From assembly GCA_963713605.1 (NCBI GenBank), contig CAVQMO010000005.1, positions 278,271-342,270 on the forward strand: 64,000 nt of DNA. Reading direction: 5' to 3'. The DNA is from an uncultured Nitrososphaerales archaeon (GTDB lineage Archaea; Thermoproteota; Nitrososphaeria; Nitrososphaerales; Nitrososphaeraceae). The notes under the pieces are model-generated. The model searched no databases. It saw nothing but the letters and a program-made list of their open reading frames with translations, and had not been told where the DNA came from. This document shows positions 1 through 11,924 of the stretch, in pieces. Made by a program: the position numbers and the translations under genes. Position 1 is the stretch's first letter, and every line of letters starts with the position of its first letter.

Positions 1-180
1 TATTCCGCACTGTTTTTCTCTAACAATGTACAAAACGTCTTATAATGACATTAGCTTATAAAGCCAGTAGAAATATTGCAAGTTTAGGTAAGAAACAGAT
101 TATCTTACTATGTCACAGTAAGAACTCCTTTCATCTTCAGGCATATTTATATCAAACTTTTGTCCAACATAAATTCTTAG

Positions 181-3100
181 ATGTTCGATAAACCCATTTC
201 TAGGAAAGATTTCTTAAAGCTTCTCGGAGCCGGAGGCATTGTTCTCGGTATAGGTTGGTTTGGAGGGATAGGACCATTATATGAACAATACAAGAAAGGA
301 CAGACAAGTCGTCCCGGTGGGAGTAGCCCCCCCTTTGCATCCCAATTAGCATATGCTCAAAGTACAGGAACTTGGGTCCCAGGACAGAATACCCAGACAG
401 TTGCCCTCGGATGTGCTCTTACTCCCAATGGCAAAATCTTTTATTTTGCCGGTTCAGGTTGGAATAACGCCAATAGTCCGAATGGGCCATTTCAAGCGAG
501 GTATCTGGACTTATCTACAGGCTCAGATGTTGCAGTACCTCTCAGTGTAGATCTCTTTTGTGTCGGCATGAATCAGTTACCAAACGGAAATACTCTCCTA
601 ACAGGCGGTACGCTCCTGTATGACACCGATATAAACAGCTGTAATGGACAGTGGCATGGTGCAAAATATGCTTTAGAGTTCAACTATTCTACTGGCCAGT
701 TGGAGCGGTTGCCAGATATGAGAACAGGTAGGTGGTATCCTTCCCAAATGCTTCTCCCTAATGGGCGGGTGGTAGTTGTTGCAGGAAGCGATGAATACGG
801 AATTTACAATCGTCTGGTTGAGATATATGATCCCACTACTAGATCGTGGAGTACACAATTTGATCCTTCTACGAATAACACTTATTGTGTCGGCGCCGGT
901 GAAGCATGTGCTGGAGCTGGTTCACCATGCTTTGGCAGTCCTAATCAAGGTGTGGCGCCATGGCTCTCATTATACCCCAGAATGATCTATATGCCTAGCG
1001 GTCTTGTCTACATAAGCTCACAAAGGGAAATCAGGTTCATCTATGATCCGTCAACTGGAATATGGACAACACTAAGCCCAACACTGCTGGGCCAGTATAG
1101 AGATTACGGTACTTCAATTCTTCTGCCTTTGCAGAATACTACAGCTGAACGAGGAAAGGTTATGGTAGTAGGAGGAGCTCCGAATGGTACGGCGCCTGCT
1201 ACGCGTGTCGTAGAAATACACGACTTTAACCAGGGCACAAATACTAATCCTGTTATGCGAACAGTAGGTCAACTAAACTTTGGAAGGAGGTATGTTCTCC
1301 CGATAATACTGCCTAATGGAAAAATCATGGTTTTTGGCGGGTCTTCTCAGGGTGGAAATACTCCAGTTTATGTTCCAGAGAGTTTTGATCCTGAGAACGA
1401 AAGTCAGGGATGGACGACACACGCTCCGGCTACTGTGCCTAGATTATATCATGGTACGGCCTTGCTAATGACTGACGGAAGTGTGTGGACCGCAGGAAGC
1501 ACTCCAGGATCAGGAGGAAACTGGGAATTACGGACAGAGTTCTTTAGACCGAGCTATTTCTCCAGCACAAGGCCAACGATATCAGGCAATCCTACTGTTG
1601 GTGGATATGGTGGGTCTATTACAATTCCGACTCCCAATCCTACGAGTATTGCGAGAGTTTCGCTAGTAAAACTTGGTTGCACAACTCACCATTATGATAT
1701 AGATATGCGATTAATTTGGTTACAGATAACCAGTCGTGGCACAAATTCTGTAACTGTTTCTGCTCCTATTAGTGCGAACATTGCACCCGCTGGTTATTAT
1801 ATGATTCATGTATTGGATAATGCTCTGGTTCCATCTGTAGCGAATATTATCAAAATTCCAGGAACTGGACCGACAGGAGATAATCCACCAGGTCCTCCAG
1901 CTCAAGTAGCAGGTCTAGCGGTTACTACTCCAAGTGGTACCTCTACTCAGCTCAATCTGACCTGGACAGCAAATACCGAAGCCGATCTCAATCATTATAA
2001 TGTATATAGAGGAACAACTGCTGGATTTGTTGTAACTCCTGGCACTACGGCTCCTATAGCAACATCTACAGTCGAACTCTTATTCCGACACCGGGTTAAT
2101 TGCATCTACAACGTATTACTACAAGGTTCTTGCAGTAGATAACTCAAACAATTTAGGTACTTTATCAACAGAAAGGTCGGGAACAACTGGAGCCGGCGGC
2201 CCAGATACTACAGTCCCCGTAGTTTCAATTACAAGCCCAGCCAATAACGCAACGGTGCCTGCTGGTAATGTCCCGATAAGTGGGACTGCTGCAGATAATG
2301 TAGGTGGTAGTGGAGTAATACGTGTTGAAGTAAGAGTAGATAATGGTGCCTATTTTATTGCAACACCACAAGCTCCAGGCAATTGGTCTACATGGACAAT
2401 TACACTTAACATCACAGCACTAGGTTCTCACACCTTAAGGGCTAGGGTAACAGATAATGCAGGAAATGTATCATGGAATGCAGGCACTCGAACAATAAAT
2501 GTAGTAAGTGGTGGTGATACTCCACCCGCACAAGTGACAGGCCTAGCCGTTAATACTCCAGGCGGTACCACTACCCAACTTAATCTGACCTGGACAGCAA
2601 ATACCGAAGCCGATCTCAATCATTACAATGTATACAGAGGAACATCGGCAGGATTTGTTGTAACTCCTGGTACTACGGCTCCAATTGCAACACCAGCAGC
2701 GCCAGCCAACTCTTATTCCGACACCGGGCTAACGGCATCGACTACTTATTACTACAAGGTTGCTGCAGTAGATAACGCCAACAATATAGGTACTTTATCA
2801 ACAGAGGCATCAGGGACAACTGGATCTGCTGGTCCAGACACTACAGTCCCCACAGTGGCAATTACAAGCCCAGCCAATAACGCAACAGTACCTGCTGGTA
2901 GTGTCCCGGTAAGTGGGACTGCCGCAGATAATGTAGGCGGTAGTGGCGTACTACGCGTTGAAGTAAGAGTAGATTCTGGTGCCTATTTTATTGCAACACC
3001 ACAGGCTCCAGGCAATTGGTCTACATGGACAATTACACTTAACATCACAGCACTAGGTTCTCACACCTTAAGGGCCAGGGTAACAGATAATGCAGGAAAT

Positions 3101-3461
3101 GTGGGATTTAATGTAGGCACACGAACAATAAATGTAGGAAGCGGAGGGGGTCCTGACACGACAATCCCCACAGTGGCAATTACAAGCCCAGCCAATAACG
3201 CAACAGTACCTGCTGGTAGTGTCCCGGTAAGTGGGACTGCCGCAGATAATGTAGGCGGTAGTGGCGTACTGCGCGTTGAAGTAAGAGTAGATATATGGTA
3301 CCTATTTTATTGCAACACCACAAGCTCCAGGTAATTGGTCTACATGGACAATTACACTTAACATCACAGCACTAGGTTCTCACACATTGAGAGCCAGGGT
3401 AACAGATAATGCAGGAAATGTTTCATGGAATCCAGGCACACGAACAATAAATGTAGTATAG
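181..3461 (+). CDS. Secreted AA5 copper-radical oxidase (galactose oxidase/GlxA-like): kelch propeller + DUF1929-type Ig domain + 2 FN3 + 3 Big/Ig modules; split by frameshifts near 2072 and 3292
   Basis: ORFs 181-2142 and 2255-3334 join by single-base shifts, checked against the intact internal repeat copies; final stop TAG 3459-3461. Motifs DLFCVG, RWYPS, PRLYHG and TTHH match the Cys-Tyr cofactor and Tyr/His copper ligands of galactose oxidase/GlxA. Tat-like SRKDFLK leader. Confidence 0.85.
1895..3458 (+). repeat. Intragenic module duplications: FN3 x2 and Big/Ig x3
   Basis: Near-identical DNA for QLNLTWTANTEADLNHYNVYRG (about 1950 and 2575) and three copies of ITSPANNATVPAG...GSHTLRARVTDNAGN. 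Confidence 0.9.
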
Positions 3462-3547
3462 GGCACGCGCAAATTGAGTACTACTTTACCAATTTTTGGT
3501 ATTGCCTTTGCTAGATATATTTTAAAGTAAGGATATACAACATACTT

Positions 3548-3910
3548 GTGATGCAAATGGAAGAAAAAAGGCAAAGGACTAATAATAAAATAAAAATCGG
3601 ATTCACAGTATTGATGCCCTTTATACTTATTATAATGATGAGCCACACATCCCAAGTCTTGGCCTCGGAAGATTTGATTAAGGTGACAATGACTAATTTA
3701 ACCGAATTGAATGCAAATCAATCTATCCCGTCGACTATGGGAAGCCTCAGCACAAACCAAACTTTATCTGTGCCGGATACGATATTTCAAAAAATTCTGA
3801 GTAATGCGAATCAATCATTAAACGCAATAGAAAATGAAGATATGGAGATTGCAAAAGAAAAGATAAACTCGGTATATAACGACTTAAAAGAATTAGCTGA
3901 AAAACCGTAG
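3548..3910 (+). CDS. Hypothetical secreted/membrane-anchored protein
   Basis: 120 aa ORF with basic n-region, hydrophobic helix and N-x-S/T sequons. Confidence 0.6.
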   Translation: MMQMEEKRQRTNNKIKIGFTVLMPFILIIMMSHTSQVLASEDLIKVTMTNLTELNANQSIPSTMGSLSTNQTLSVPDTIFQKILSNANQSLNAIENEDMEIAKEKINSVYNDLKELAEKP

Positions 3911-4005
3911 CAGGTCACGAGATTAAAAGATGAAGCAGAGATTGAAATGAGACTGACTAATACCCGTTTTATCTATGGGTATTGGCATTGCCATTCTATA
4001 AAATT

Positions 4006-5057
4006 TTAATTTAAGATTTTATCCAAGAGTGTGACGGTTTTGTTTGCTACATCGTCCCCGTACGGATTTCTCTTAATCTTAGTCTGAAGCATCATTTCAA
4101 CTGTTTGGCTAAGAGAAGCCGTTGTATCAGGGGGGAATAACACATTTGCTTTAAGGAGTATTGTCTCCCATCTCGCGGAAGTGTGTCTAAGGGTAATACA
4201 GGGTTTCTTTAAAGTTACCGACTCCTCCTGAAGACCTCCACTATCCGTAAGCACCAACTTGGATTTCAATAGCAACCCCAAAAATTCGATATACCCAACA
4301 GGATCGATCATTATCACATTATCAGGAAATTTGATATTTCGGCTCTTGAGGTTCTTCTGTGTCCTCGGGTGCACCGGAAAAACTATTTTATGATTTACTG
4401 TCTCAAAATGCTTTATAAGTAACTTCAAATTCTCGGGATTATCTGCATTTTCTGGCCTATGTATGGTCAATAGCAAAAATTCAGGCGGCAGATCAACAGG
4501 TAATTCCCTGCTCGCTCAATTCTTGACAGCCTCAGACACACATCGACTATCAAGTTGCCGGTGACATATACGTCGCCCGTTACATTTTCATAACTCAACA
4601 CACTCCTACAGAAATCTGAAGGAGCAAAGAGATGAGAAGCCATTTCATCTATTCTTATTCTAATACTTTCCTCAGGAACAGCAATGTCAAAGTCTCTAAT
4701 TCCAGCTTCAAGATGGATTATCTTGCTTCTGGCCTCATGAGCCGCGAGCGCGGCCGCCATGCTCGAGTTTGTATCCCCATAGATTATTACATATTCTGGC
4801 TGCAATTCTTTTAGTATTGGTGAAACCTTGTTCTTCATTAGGTCAATATCAGATGAATTACACTTTAAGTCAAAGTCTGGCTTTACATTTAGTTCGTCAA
4901 TAAATATATCCTTCATCCTGGGAGAGAAATGTTGACCTGTGTAGATAAATGAGTGATCAAACCTTTCATTCATTTTAGGGATAAAATCTGCTAGCTTTAT
5001 TATCTCTGGTCGCGTTCCCGCTATTGTGACTAACCTATTGTTATTATTATTGCTCAT
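4006..5057 (-). CDS. wecB: UDP-N-acetylglucosamine 2-epimerase (non-hydrolysing), one frameshift near 4470-4500
   Basis: GTRPEIIK, TGQH, GDTNS, HLEAG in 4467-5057; TIHRPEN, TDSGGLQEE in 4006-4476. Confidence 0.9.
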
Positions 5058-5439
5058 CTTAAACCTCAGTAAATTAGATATCCAGTCATTCTCAGACTGT
5101 TATTAATACTTTGAGAAAGTAGTATACTTCCCATATTTCTGACCTTATCAGGAGTCTGTTTTAGGCCATTCAGTAAGTCAATAATCGCGCGATGAAGGTT
5201 AGCACGGATTTAAATTTCAAATTCAATATCTATAATTCTAATAATAGTTCCCAATTAGTGGGTCCTAAATATCTAAACGATATCCGGGTATGTCGATGAG
5301 GGCTCTATGGGAAAAACGATATTCGAATGTCTCGATGCTCGGGTGCCTATCCAGTACATAAAAATTATAGAAAACTATATAAAATCAGCCTCTACTCAGT
5401 CTGCCGAAACTACTGCTTATCTATGGATTTTTCTAGATA

Positions 5440-6794
5440 TTACTTTTTTGTGAATCCATGCATAGTTTTTGTACTTCCCCATGATTTTACTCTGAATGCT
5501 TTGATAAACGTTACAAAAAAGTATAGGCTAAATATGTTGTACAAAGGAATGTACAAGCCATACCGTACGCCTTTTTTCCCATACATTTTTACGAGAGTCA
5601 AACCTTGGAGAAAGAAGAGAGCAGCCGTGAGAGCCAACCACAATTCGGTGTTTATAGAAGAATAATAATACGGAAAATATCCGAAAATTATATTAAATGT
5701 GGCTGCAAACCCAATAATAAATAACAATGTCAACCCGAGAATTGCCGCTACTGGGTTCAGCCACAGCAAAGCGCTAATAATGTCAGTACGTTCAACTGCC
5801 TTCCGTTGAAGCATGTCTATAAATCCTTTTGCCCATCTTGCGCGCTGTCGCAGCATAATGTCAAGGCTTGGGGGTTTCTCATCATAATTTATACAGAGAG
5901 GGGCGAATAAGATTCGATATTTGCTTTTCAAAAGCCTGGTGGTTAATTCATAATCATCTACCAGGTGATTTGCAAATCCTCCTACTTCGATAAGCATATT
6001 TCTTCTAATAATATAACCCGTTCCGCCTAAACCACCTCTTTTATCAATAAATGCTCTTGTAGTCATATATGGTGTAGACCACAAGTCCCCTTCAAGCGAC
6101 AGGAGTTTCGTTACTAAACTATAATCCCGGTTACTGGGCACATATCGGCCTTGTACCTGCTGCAATCCTACCCTTTAGCAGAGGGAGCGCTTTTTCAATG
6201 AAATCGTCGCTTAAGAGGCCGTCAGCGTCAAGAATCATAATATATTCACCACGAGACATTTTTACTCCGTAATTCAATGCGATACCCTTGCCCGCCTCCT
6301 CTGTCCTGAAATCTAGTGCCCTAACTCTATAATCGGTATCGATTTGAGCTTGCTCATAGGTTTTGTCTGAGCAGTTATGACATACCACTACAACCTCGAT
6401 ATTCTTGTACGTCTGTCTAAGAGCATCTGTTACAGTCTTCCTGATAACGTTTTCCTCGTTTCTTGCTGCAGACGATTATACTACAGAGGCCGATACTTGA
6501 AGAATCCGCTGTCGGGGCGAGACTATTTGGAGATCGTTTAAATTCCTCATAACGCTCTTGCTGATTTAGCCTGATCTTATCGTATGCTATAAAGTATATT
6601 ACAAATAAGAAGAATGTTAGAATGGTGTACGCAAGAACATACCCAACCAAAGGTAGAGTTATGGCAGACAAATTAACGTCGGGGTCGACCAAAACCTGAA
6701 AGCCTGTTGTATAATAGTACAAGATAGTCGCAATAGGAATGAACCAAAGGTAAAACACCACAAATAAGAAGATAATCCACTTCTTCTCATTCAA
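5440..6794 (-). CDS. Processive GT2 glycosyltransferase (cellulose-synthase-like), two frameshifts
   Basis: Three consecutive ORFs (6417-6794, 6131-6388, 5440-6165): N-terminal TM helices, GKGIALN, ILDADG (DxD), VDDYEL, QRARW (QxxRW), C-terminal TM helices. Confidence 0.85.
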
Positions 6795-7377
6795 TATTAG
6801 TCCATGCCCCGCAGTCCTTGATTTCTATCAGTTGGTCGATGCGATTCAATAATATAATCATTCCTAGAATGATCGTGTGTCTTTGTGTGCGGAAATTCTC
6901 ATAGTTCTCAGAATATCCTAGACCTAGACAATTCGGACCTTCTTGCCAACAAAGTGTGCATCATCCCGAATAATGATATCTTCATTATTAATATCAATTA
7001 TCCTACCGGAACTCAGAAGCCAATTCGCGTGGCTCGTTGCAAGTCAGTCCTGTTTTTTTGGCTCTATTATCCCTGTACTTCTATACTTGCTAATGAATTT
7101 CTGGATAATCCCTCCCACCATACTGGCATTTGAACTGCAAAACTAATTTGTAACTTTAGGAAGTACCATATCAGCAGTTTGTTATTCCAGGTCGATTTAA
7201 AAGACTAGTACAATAATTTCATTAATCGGAAAAACCACAATCTGCGAGATTACTTATCCATATATACCTTTGATATCTGCGATTAGGCCGCAGACCCACA
7301 AGATCTTGGCTTACGCATTAGGTTAACACATCGATAAGGTTAATAGAGATTAGTTATGGAGAAATATTCATCAATAA

Positions 7378-9648
7378 ATGGTTACAGTTCTCCTGCAATT
7401 GTCGGTCATAGTCACATCCTTGCTGATGATTGCCGTTACAACAAGTTCAATGGCGGAAGCTCAGGAACACACCAAAATCCAGCATTTTGGTTGTGGCGAC
7501 TATGGGAGTTTCGGATATCATTGTGATCCTACACTTTACCCATTAAGTTCTTATGCATTAGAAGGAAATAAGTCTGAAATTATACCAGTAACAAATACAG
7601 ATCCAACGTATGTACCGGGCGTTGCTGGGAATGCAATAGAGCTGGCCGCACCATATAGGGAATACATAGAGATTGAAGATAATCGCCATCCTTACGACTA
7701 TGACAATTTTTCGGTTTCTTTCTGGATCAAACAGGTATTTGATCCAAATACACAAAAAGGGCAAATAATTTCCCACAGTAATTCTCAGACAAAAGGAGGA
7801 TGGTTTTTCAATAGTGTATTTGACTCCGATAATAACTACGTCCAGTTCAATTTATCAGACCGTCTCCAAAACTCAACTATGTCAGCTGAAATACCGGTTT
7901 CGAACACGACATTTACACATATTATTGGTACATTTAATGGATCAACTATTGCTGTCTATAAAAATGGAAGTTTATATGATGTTCGACAATTTGAAGGTGA
8001 TCAGGATGTTACTCCAGACCCAATAATTCCTATTCATATTGGATCCGCATCCTTCTGTGATTCTTGTGAAAGATGGAATGGCATTATCGATGAAGTTATG
8101 CTTTTTAACGGTACAATCTCCAACGACCAGGCAAAACTATTGTATTCGGAGTCAGTCTCCGGAAACAGATCGTCTGAGAAAGACAAAGCTCAAGAAGTTA
8201 CTGATCTAGTTGGATATTGGGGTTTTGATGGGAATTTAGAAGATGCGTCTGGTGGCAAGAATAATGCAACCGTTTTTACACCAATAGGGAGCATTGTATT
8301 TTCACCGGATGGCCGTATGTTCCTTTCTGAGAAGAATACGGGAAAAATCATGATCATGAAAAATAATACGCTATTGCCCAATCCGTTCGCGACTATAGAG
8401 GGAGTCTATGTTAACTGGGAACAAGGTCTATTGGGCCTTGCTATAGATCCACAGTTTCAAGAGAATCATTTTGTTTACGCTTACTATACTACCATAAATA
8501 ACGAAACCGGAGAACCCATGAATAGAGTGGTAAGGTTCACTGAAAAAAATAATACAGCCACGGAAATGAAAATTCTCCTAGATGGTATACCTGCGTCCAG
8601 GGGGTATCACTCAGGCGGCGCACTCGCATTTGGTCCAGATGATAAGTTGTACATTACAGTAGGAGATGCAACTCAACACATTTTTGCACAATCTATTTCA
8701 ACTCCAATTGGAAAAGTCCTGCGCATTGAGAGAGATGGCTCAATCCCTTCGGACAATCCCTATCCAGATTCCCCTGTTTATACTCTAGGGCACAGAAACA
8801 TGTATGGTATCGCCTTCGATAATAATGGAACAGGGTTAGTATTTGAGAGCGGGGACGTTATATATGATGAAATAAATGTTCTTAAGAAAGGGGGAAACTA
8901 TGGCTTTCCTGTTTATCAGCCTGCGAATGCACCTCCAGAGTTATCAAATTCGACTATAGATATTAAACCTATAAGGAGTTACTGGAATACTATATCGCCC
9001 ACTCAGGCCATATACTATAACGGTACGCAGTTTCCATATTTACAAGATAGCTTCATATTTGGCACATATACCGGAAATTTATATTCTGTAACCTTAAATA
9101 ATGATACCAAAAAAATAGACTCTGAATCACATATACTTCTTAAAAATTATCCTTTTGAGCCCGTTATCTCCATTGCTGAATCACCTGATGGAGATCTTTA
9201 CTTTGGAGCTTTTCATATTTACAATTTGACATCTCTAGATCTAAATGATGCTTATCAAGACTTCTTTCCAGTGAGTGTCGAAATGCCTAAATATTTGACG
9301 GTCACACAACTCCAGGTCAATCCAGATCAGAGTTTTGCTTACTTGGATGTATCTACAGGGGGCGTAACTGGGTATGAAAACGCCACAATTGTAGAAAATG
9401 CTACTACTGCTGTACCTGCAGAATCGAAGGATACATTTTCAATTTCGAACACTTCTCTGCTGAATGTAACTATCCCTACCTCTGTTCTAACCAACGTGAA
9501 TGCCGTCAATGTATCTCAGTCAGGTATTGAGCATCCGACAGAGTTTTCGATCTCTAGCAGCCAGACTGGCAGCTCAAATATCATTACTATTCCAGTATTT
9601 CAAGGACTTAATGGCCGAATAGTTATTTATGGCGAGAATAATAATTAG
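7378..9648 (+). CDS. LamG-like jellyroll domain + PQQ-dependent glucose/sorbosone dehydrogenase, secreted
   Basis: Signal peptide; LamG FSVSFWIK...WNGIIDEV; GSDH motifs QGLLGLAIDPQF, HSGGALAFGPD, LYITVGD, GHRNMYG, GGNYG. Confidence 0.85.
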   Translation: MVTVLLQLSVIVTSLLMIAVTTSSMAEAQEHTKIQHFGCGDYGSFGYHCDPTLYPLSSYALEGNKSEIIPVTNTDPTYVPGVAGNAIELAAPYREYIEIEDNRHPYDYDNFSVSFWIKQVFDPNTQKGQIISHSNSQTKGGWFFNSVFDSDNNYVQFNLSDRLQNSTMSAEIPVSNTTFTHIIGTFNGSTIAVYKNGSLYDVRQFEGDQDVTPDPIIPIHIGSASFCDSCERWNGIIDEVMLFNGTISNDQAKLLYSESVSGNRSSEKDKAQEVTDLVGYWGFDGNLEDASGGKNNATVFTPIGSIVFSPDGRMFLSEKNTGKIMIMKNNTLLPNPFATIEGVYVNWEQGLLGLAIDPQFQENHFVYAYYTTINNETGEPMNRVVRFTEKNNTATEMKILLDGIPASRGYHSGGALAFGPDDKLYITVGDATQHIFAQSISTPIGKVLRIERDGSIPSDNPYPDSPVYTLGHRNMYGIAFDNNGTGLVFESGDVIYDEINVLKKGGNYGFPVYQPANAPPELSNSTIDIKPIRSYWNTISPTQAIYYNGTQFPYLQDSFIFGTYTGNLYSVTLNNDTKKIDSESHILLKNYPFEPVISIAESPDGDLYFGAFHIYNLTSLDLNDAYQDFFPVSVEMPKYLTVTQLQVNPDQSFAYLDVSTGGVTGYENATIVENATTAVPAESKDTFSISNTSLLNVTIPTSVLTNVNAVNVSQSGIEHPTEFSISSSQTGSSNIITIPVFQGLNGRIVIYGENNN

Positions 9649-9755
9649 TAAATGATTGTCCTTTCCTACAACAGTTTGCATTATTTCTATGAGACGCTTC
9701 TTCCAGCCAGTGCAATGGCTCTTTTGAATAATCCACACAGTTCTTGTTTCTGCTA

Positions 9756-10319
9756 TTAGCATTCTAGGATGTTCTTGCAAATCCAATCTCTAATAACATG
9801 AGGTACATCCTCAAAAGAAAATGCTTTATGAACGGAAAGAACGCTCTGTATTGTAACCTTTTCACCTAAACTATCTGACACCTTTACCTTAATTGTCTGA
9901 CTTGGATACTCTGCCTCTATTAGACCCTTGTAAATACTCCAGCTTTCCCTGACACACTGTGCTATTTTGTTCTCTGAATGGATAACAAAATACATCATAC
10001 AAATGTTGATTTCCCTCTCCGGAGAAACTTGTATCCTTACAACATTCTTTCCCTCTGTTAGTTGCTGATTGGTGATTTGAATTCTAAGGGGAGAAGAAGG
10101 TGTTTTATCCGTGTCCTCGCTGCCCTTGTCACTGCTGCCAGTTTGAGGTAGCTGGGGAGCCGGCAGAGGCACAGGGCCTAATTGAGCATCTGATTGTTCA
10201 GTACATATAAGAGAAGATAACAGAATAACAAATAGCATTCCAACGAGTAGGTTTTCATACATAATTCTGAACGCCATTATTCTTGATCGTCTTTGAATAA
10301 AATCATATATATTTTTCAA
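9756..10319 (-). CDS. Hypothetical secreted protein (true start may be the internal Met near 10276)
   Basis: 187 aa ORF with signal-like helix ending SDA-Q and a Pro-rich linker. Confidence 0.55.
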   Translation of the reverse strand: MKNIYDFIQRRSRIMAFRIMYENLLVGMLFVILLSSLICTEQSDAQLGPVPLPAPQLPQTGSSDKGSEDTDKTPSSPLRIQITNQQLTEGKNVVRIQVSPEREINICMMYFVIHSENKIAQCVRESWSIYKGLIEAEYPSQTIKVKVSDSLGEKVTIQSVLSVHKAFSFEDVPHVIRDWICKNILEC

Positions 10320-10332
10320 CCCGAGGTTGAGA

Positions 10333-10349
10333 TTTTCCGACTCGGAAAA
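10333..10349. promoter_or_regulatory. Perfect palindrome TTTTCCGA-C-TCGGAAAA, candidate operator
   Basis: 8-bp arms just upstream of the TATA-like AATATATA serving the 9756-10319 gene, in a divergent intergenic region. Confidence 0.35.
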
Positions 10350-10628
10350 GAATAACTAGGTTACCATACCTCACCTTAGGATAGTACAGAGATTAAGCTC
10401 GGGCGTCAAAACATGAGATGATACTTAGAACTTTCTGTAGTCCTACCAGAAATTACTGTTTCATATAAAATATATTTTTTATTACCTTTTTGGAATAAAT
10501 TGTCCGATATTAGATGATATTCAGAAAATTCGTGGCATTCTTTACATCCTTGTAAAAAAGCTTTGATTTACAAGCAATAAGTTCAACAAGATTTAATAGC
10601 GTTAGATGAGGAACCATCTCCACTCATA

Positions 10629-11252
10629 ATGCTAGTCAACCGTGATACCAAATTTGGGATTGTAATAGCCATAGTAGTAGGGACGTTGATTTTAGTGACA
10701 GCCCTTGCTGCTTCGGCAGAGACGAATTATGTCCAAATAGCTATCTACGGTAAAGATCAATCTGTTAACGAAGATGATCAAGTTAATGCAGAAGAAAATG
10801 GCGTGAACAACGACCAGTCAACTAACGGAAACCCAACCCAAAACAACGAAGACTTGGATACCAATAGAGATAATGCGGATGTAGAGTCTAAGGACGCAGA
10901 TAATGGTCAACCCGAACAGCAAGGTTCAAACGTTGACAGTGAGCTGGAAACTCTTGAAAACGAGAGGAAGACGATGCTCGTAAAGGGTATTCCAGATATC
11001 GAAAGGTTCCTCCCGACGAGTAAAATGGCCTCAGGTGATATAGTAGATGTTCCAACTAAAGGAGATCCAACTGAAGGTAATATAGCCTCTATAGGTAAGA
11101 TGGCCTCAGGTGATGTAGTAGATTCAGATGATGCTATTATTGTTAGGAGTGACCCTATCGATCATGAATCCTACATAATTTGTGAATCCAATCACTTAAG
11201 CTACCAATGTGTTTCACATCCATATCCTGAAGATACCCCTAGTGGTGATTAA
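10629..11252 (+). CDS. Hypothetical secreted acidic protein with duplicated KMASGD(I/V)VD motif
   Basis: 207 aa ORF, signal peptide, D/E/N-rich. Confidence 0.6.
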   Translation: MLVNRDTKFGIVIAIVVGTLILVTALAASAETNYVQIAIYGKDQSVNEDDQVNAEENGVNNDQSTNGNPTQNNEDLDTNRDNADVESKDADNGQPEQQGSNVDSELETLENERKTMLVKGIPDIERFLPTSKMASGDIVDVPTKGDPTEGNIASIGKMASGDVVDSDDAIIVRSDPIDHESYIICESNHLSYQCVSHPYPEDTPSGD

Positions 11253-11324
11253 TTGGATTATCTGGCCTTTTTTATTACATGACCAAAGATTGTTCAATCG
11301 TCTGCGTCTATAGACTCCAAAAAA

Positions 11325-11870
11325 ATGCGGCTCTCCTTAGCCAACAAAATGTTCGATTCGTTCGAGTTAACAAGAGATTTAGAGCCTTCAAATCCTCTAA
11401 AGTCCCATGAGATTGCATATGACAATCTTGGCTTAAGAATAAGATTGAGGTATCCTGACAATTGGCTAACAGAACATCGAAGCAACAGGTCTATGAGATT
11501 GTGATCCTGTCACCATCCGAGAATGATGAATATTTGTTCGATGACAGAATGACCATTGAAGCCCGGCTTAAAATACTCCAAGTGGACGGCGCGCGCTCTT
11601 GATAATTACATTCATAAATACATTGAAGAATCTCAGAAGTCACAAAAATTCACTCCTATTGAATCGGTTCCATTAACTGTTGCCAAATTGACGGCTAAAA
11701 GAATAACATATGGAATAATAGATAGTTGGGGAAAAGAAAGATATCTCCATTGTAACGTTGTAATAACAACTAAAATGTATTGCATTACATATGGAAATGA
11801 AGATAAAGCGTATGATAAAAGATCGATAGATTTTCAAAGAGTAATCAACAGCATAGAATTAGCCAGTTGA
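11325..11870 (+). pseudogene. PsbP-like surface domain, fragmented
   Basis: YDNLGLRIRLRYPDNW (11325 frame) followed by 11556-11870 ending DFQRVINSIEL; same pattern as the PsbP-like domain in 48982-50202. Confidence 0.5.
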
Positions 11871-11924
11871 TAAAAAGTTACAGTTAGATCGGAAAAGTAT
11901 AGTAGAACGATAACAAATTTCATT

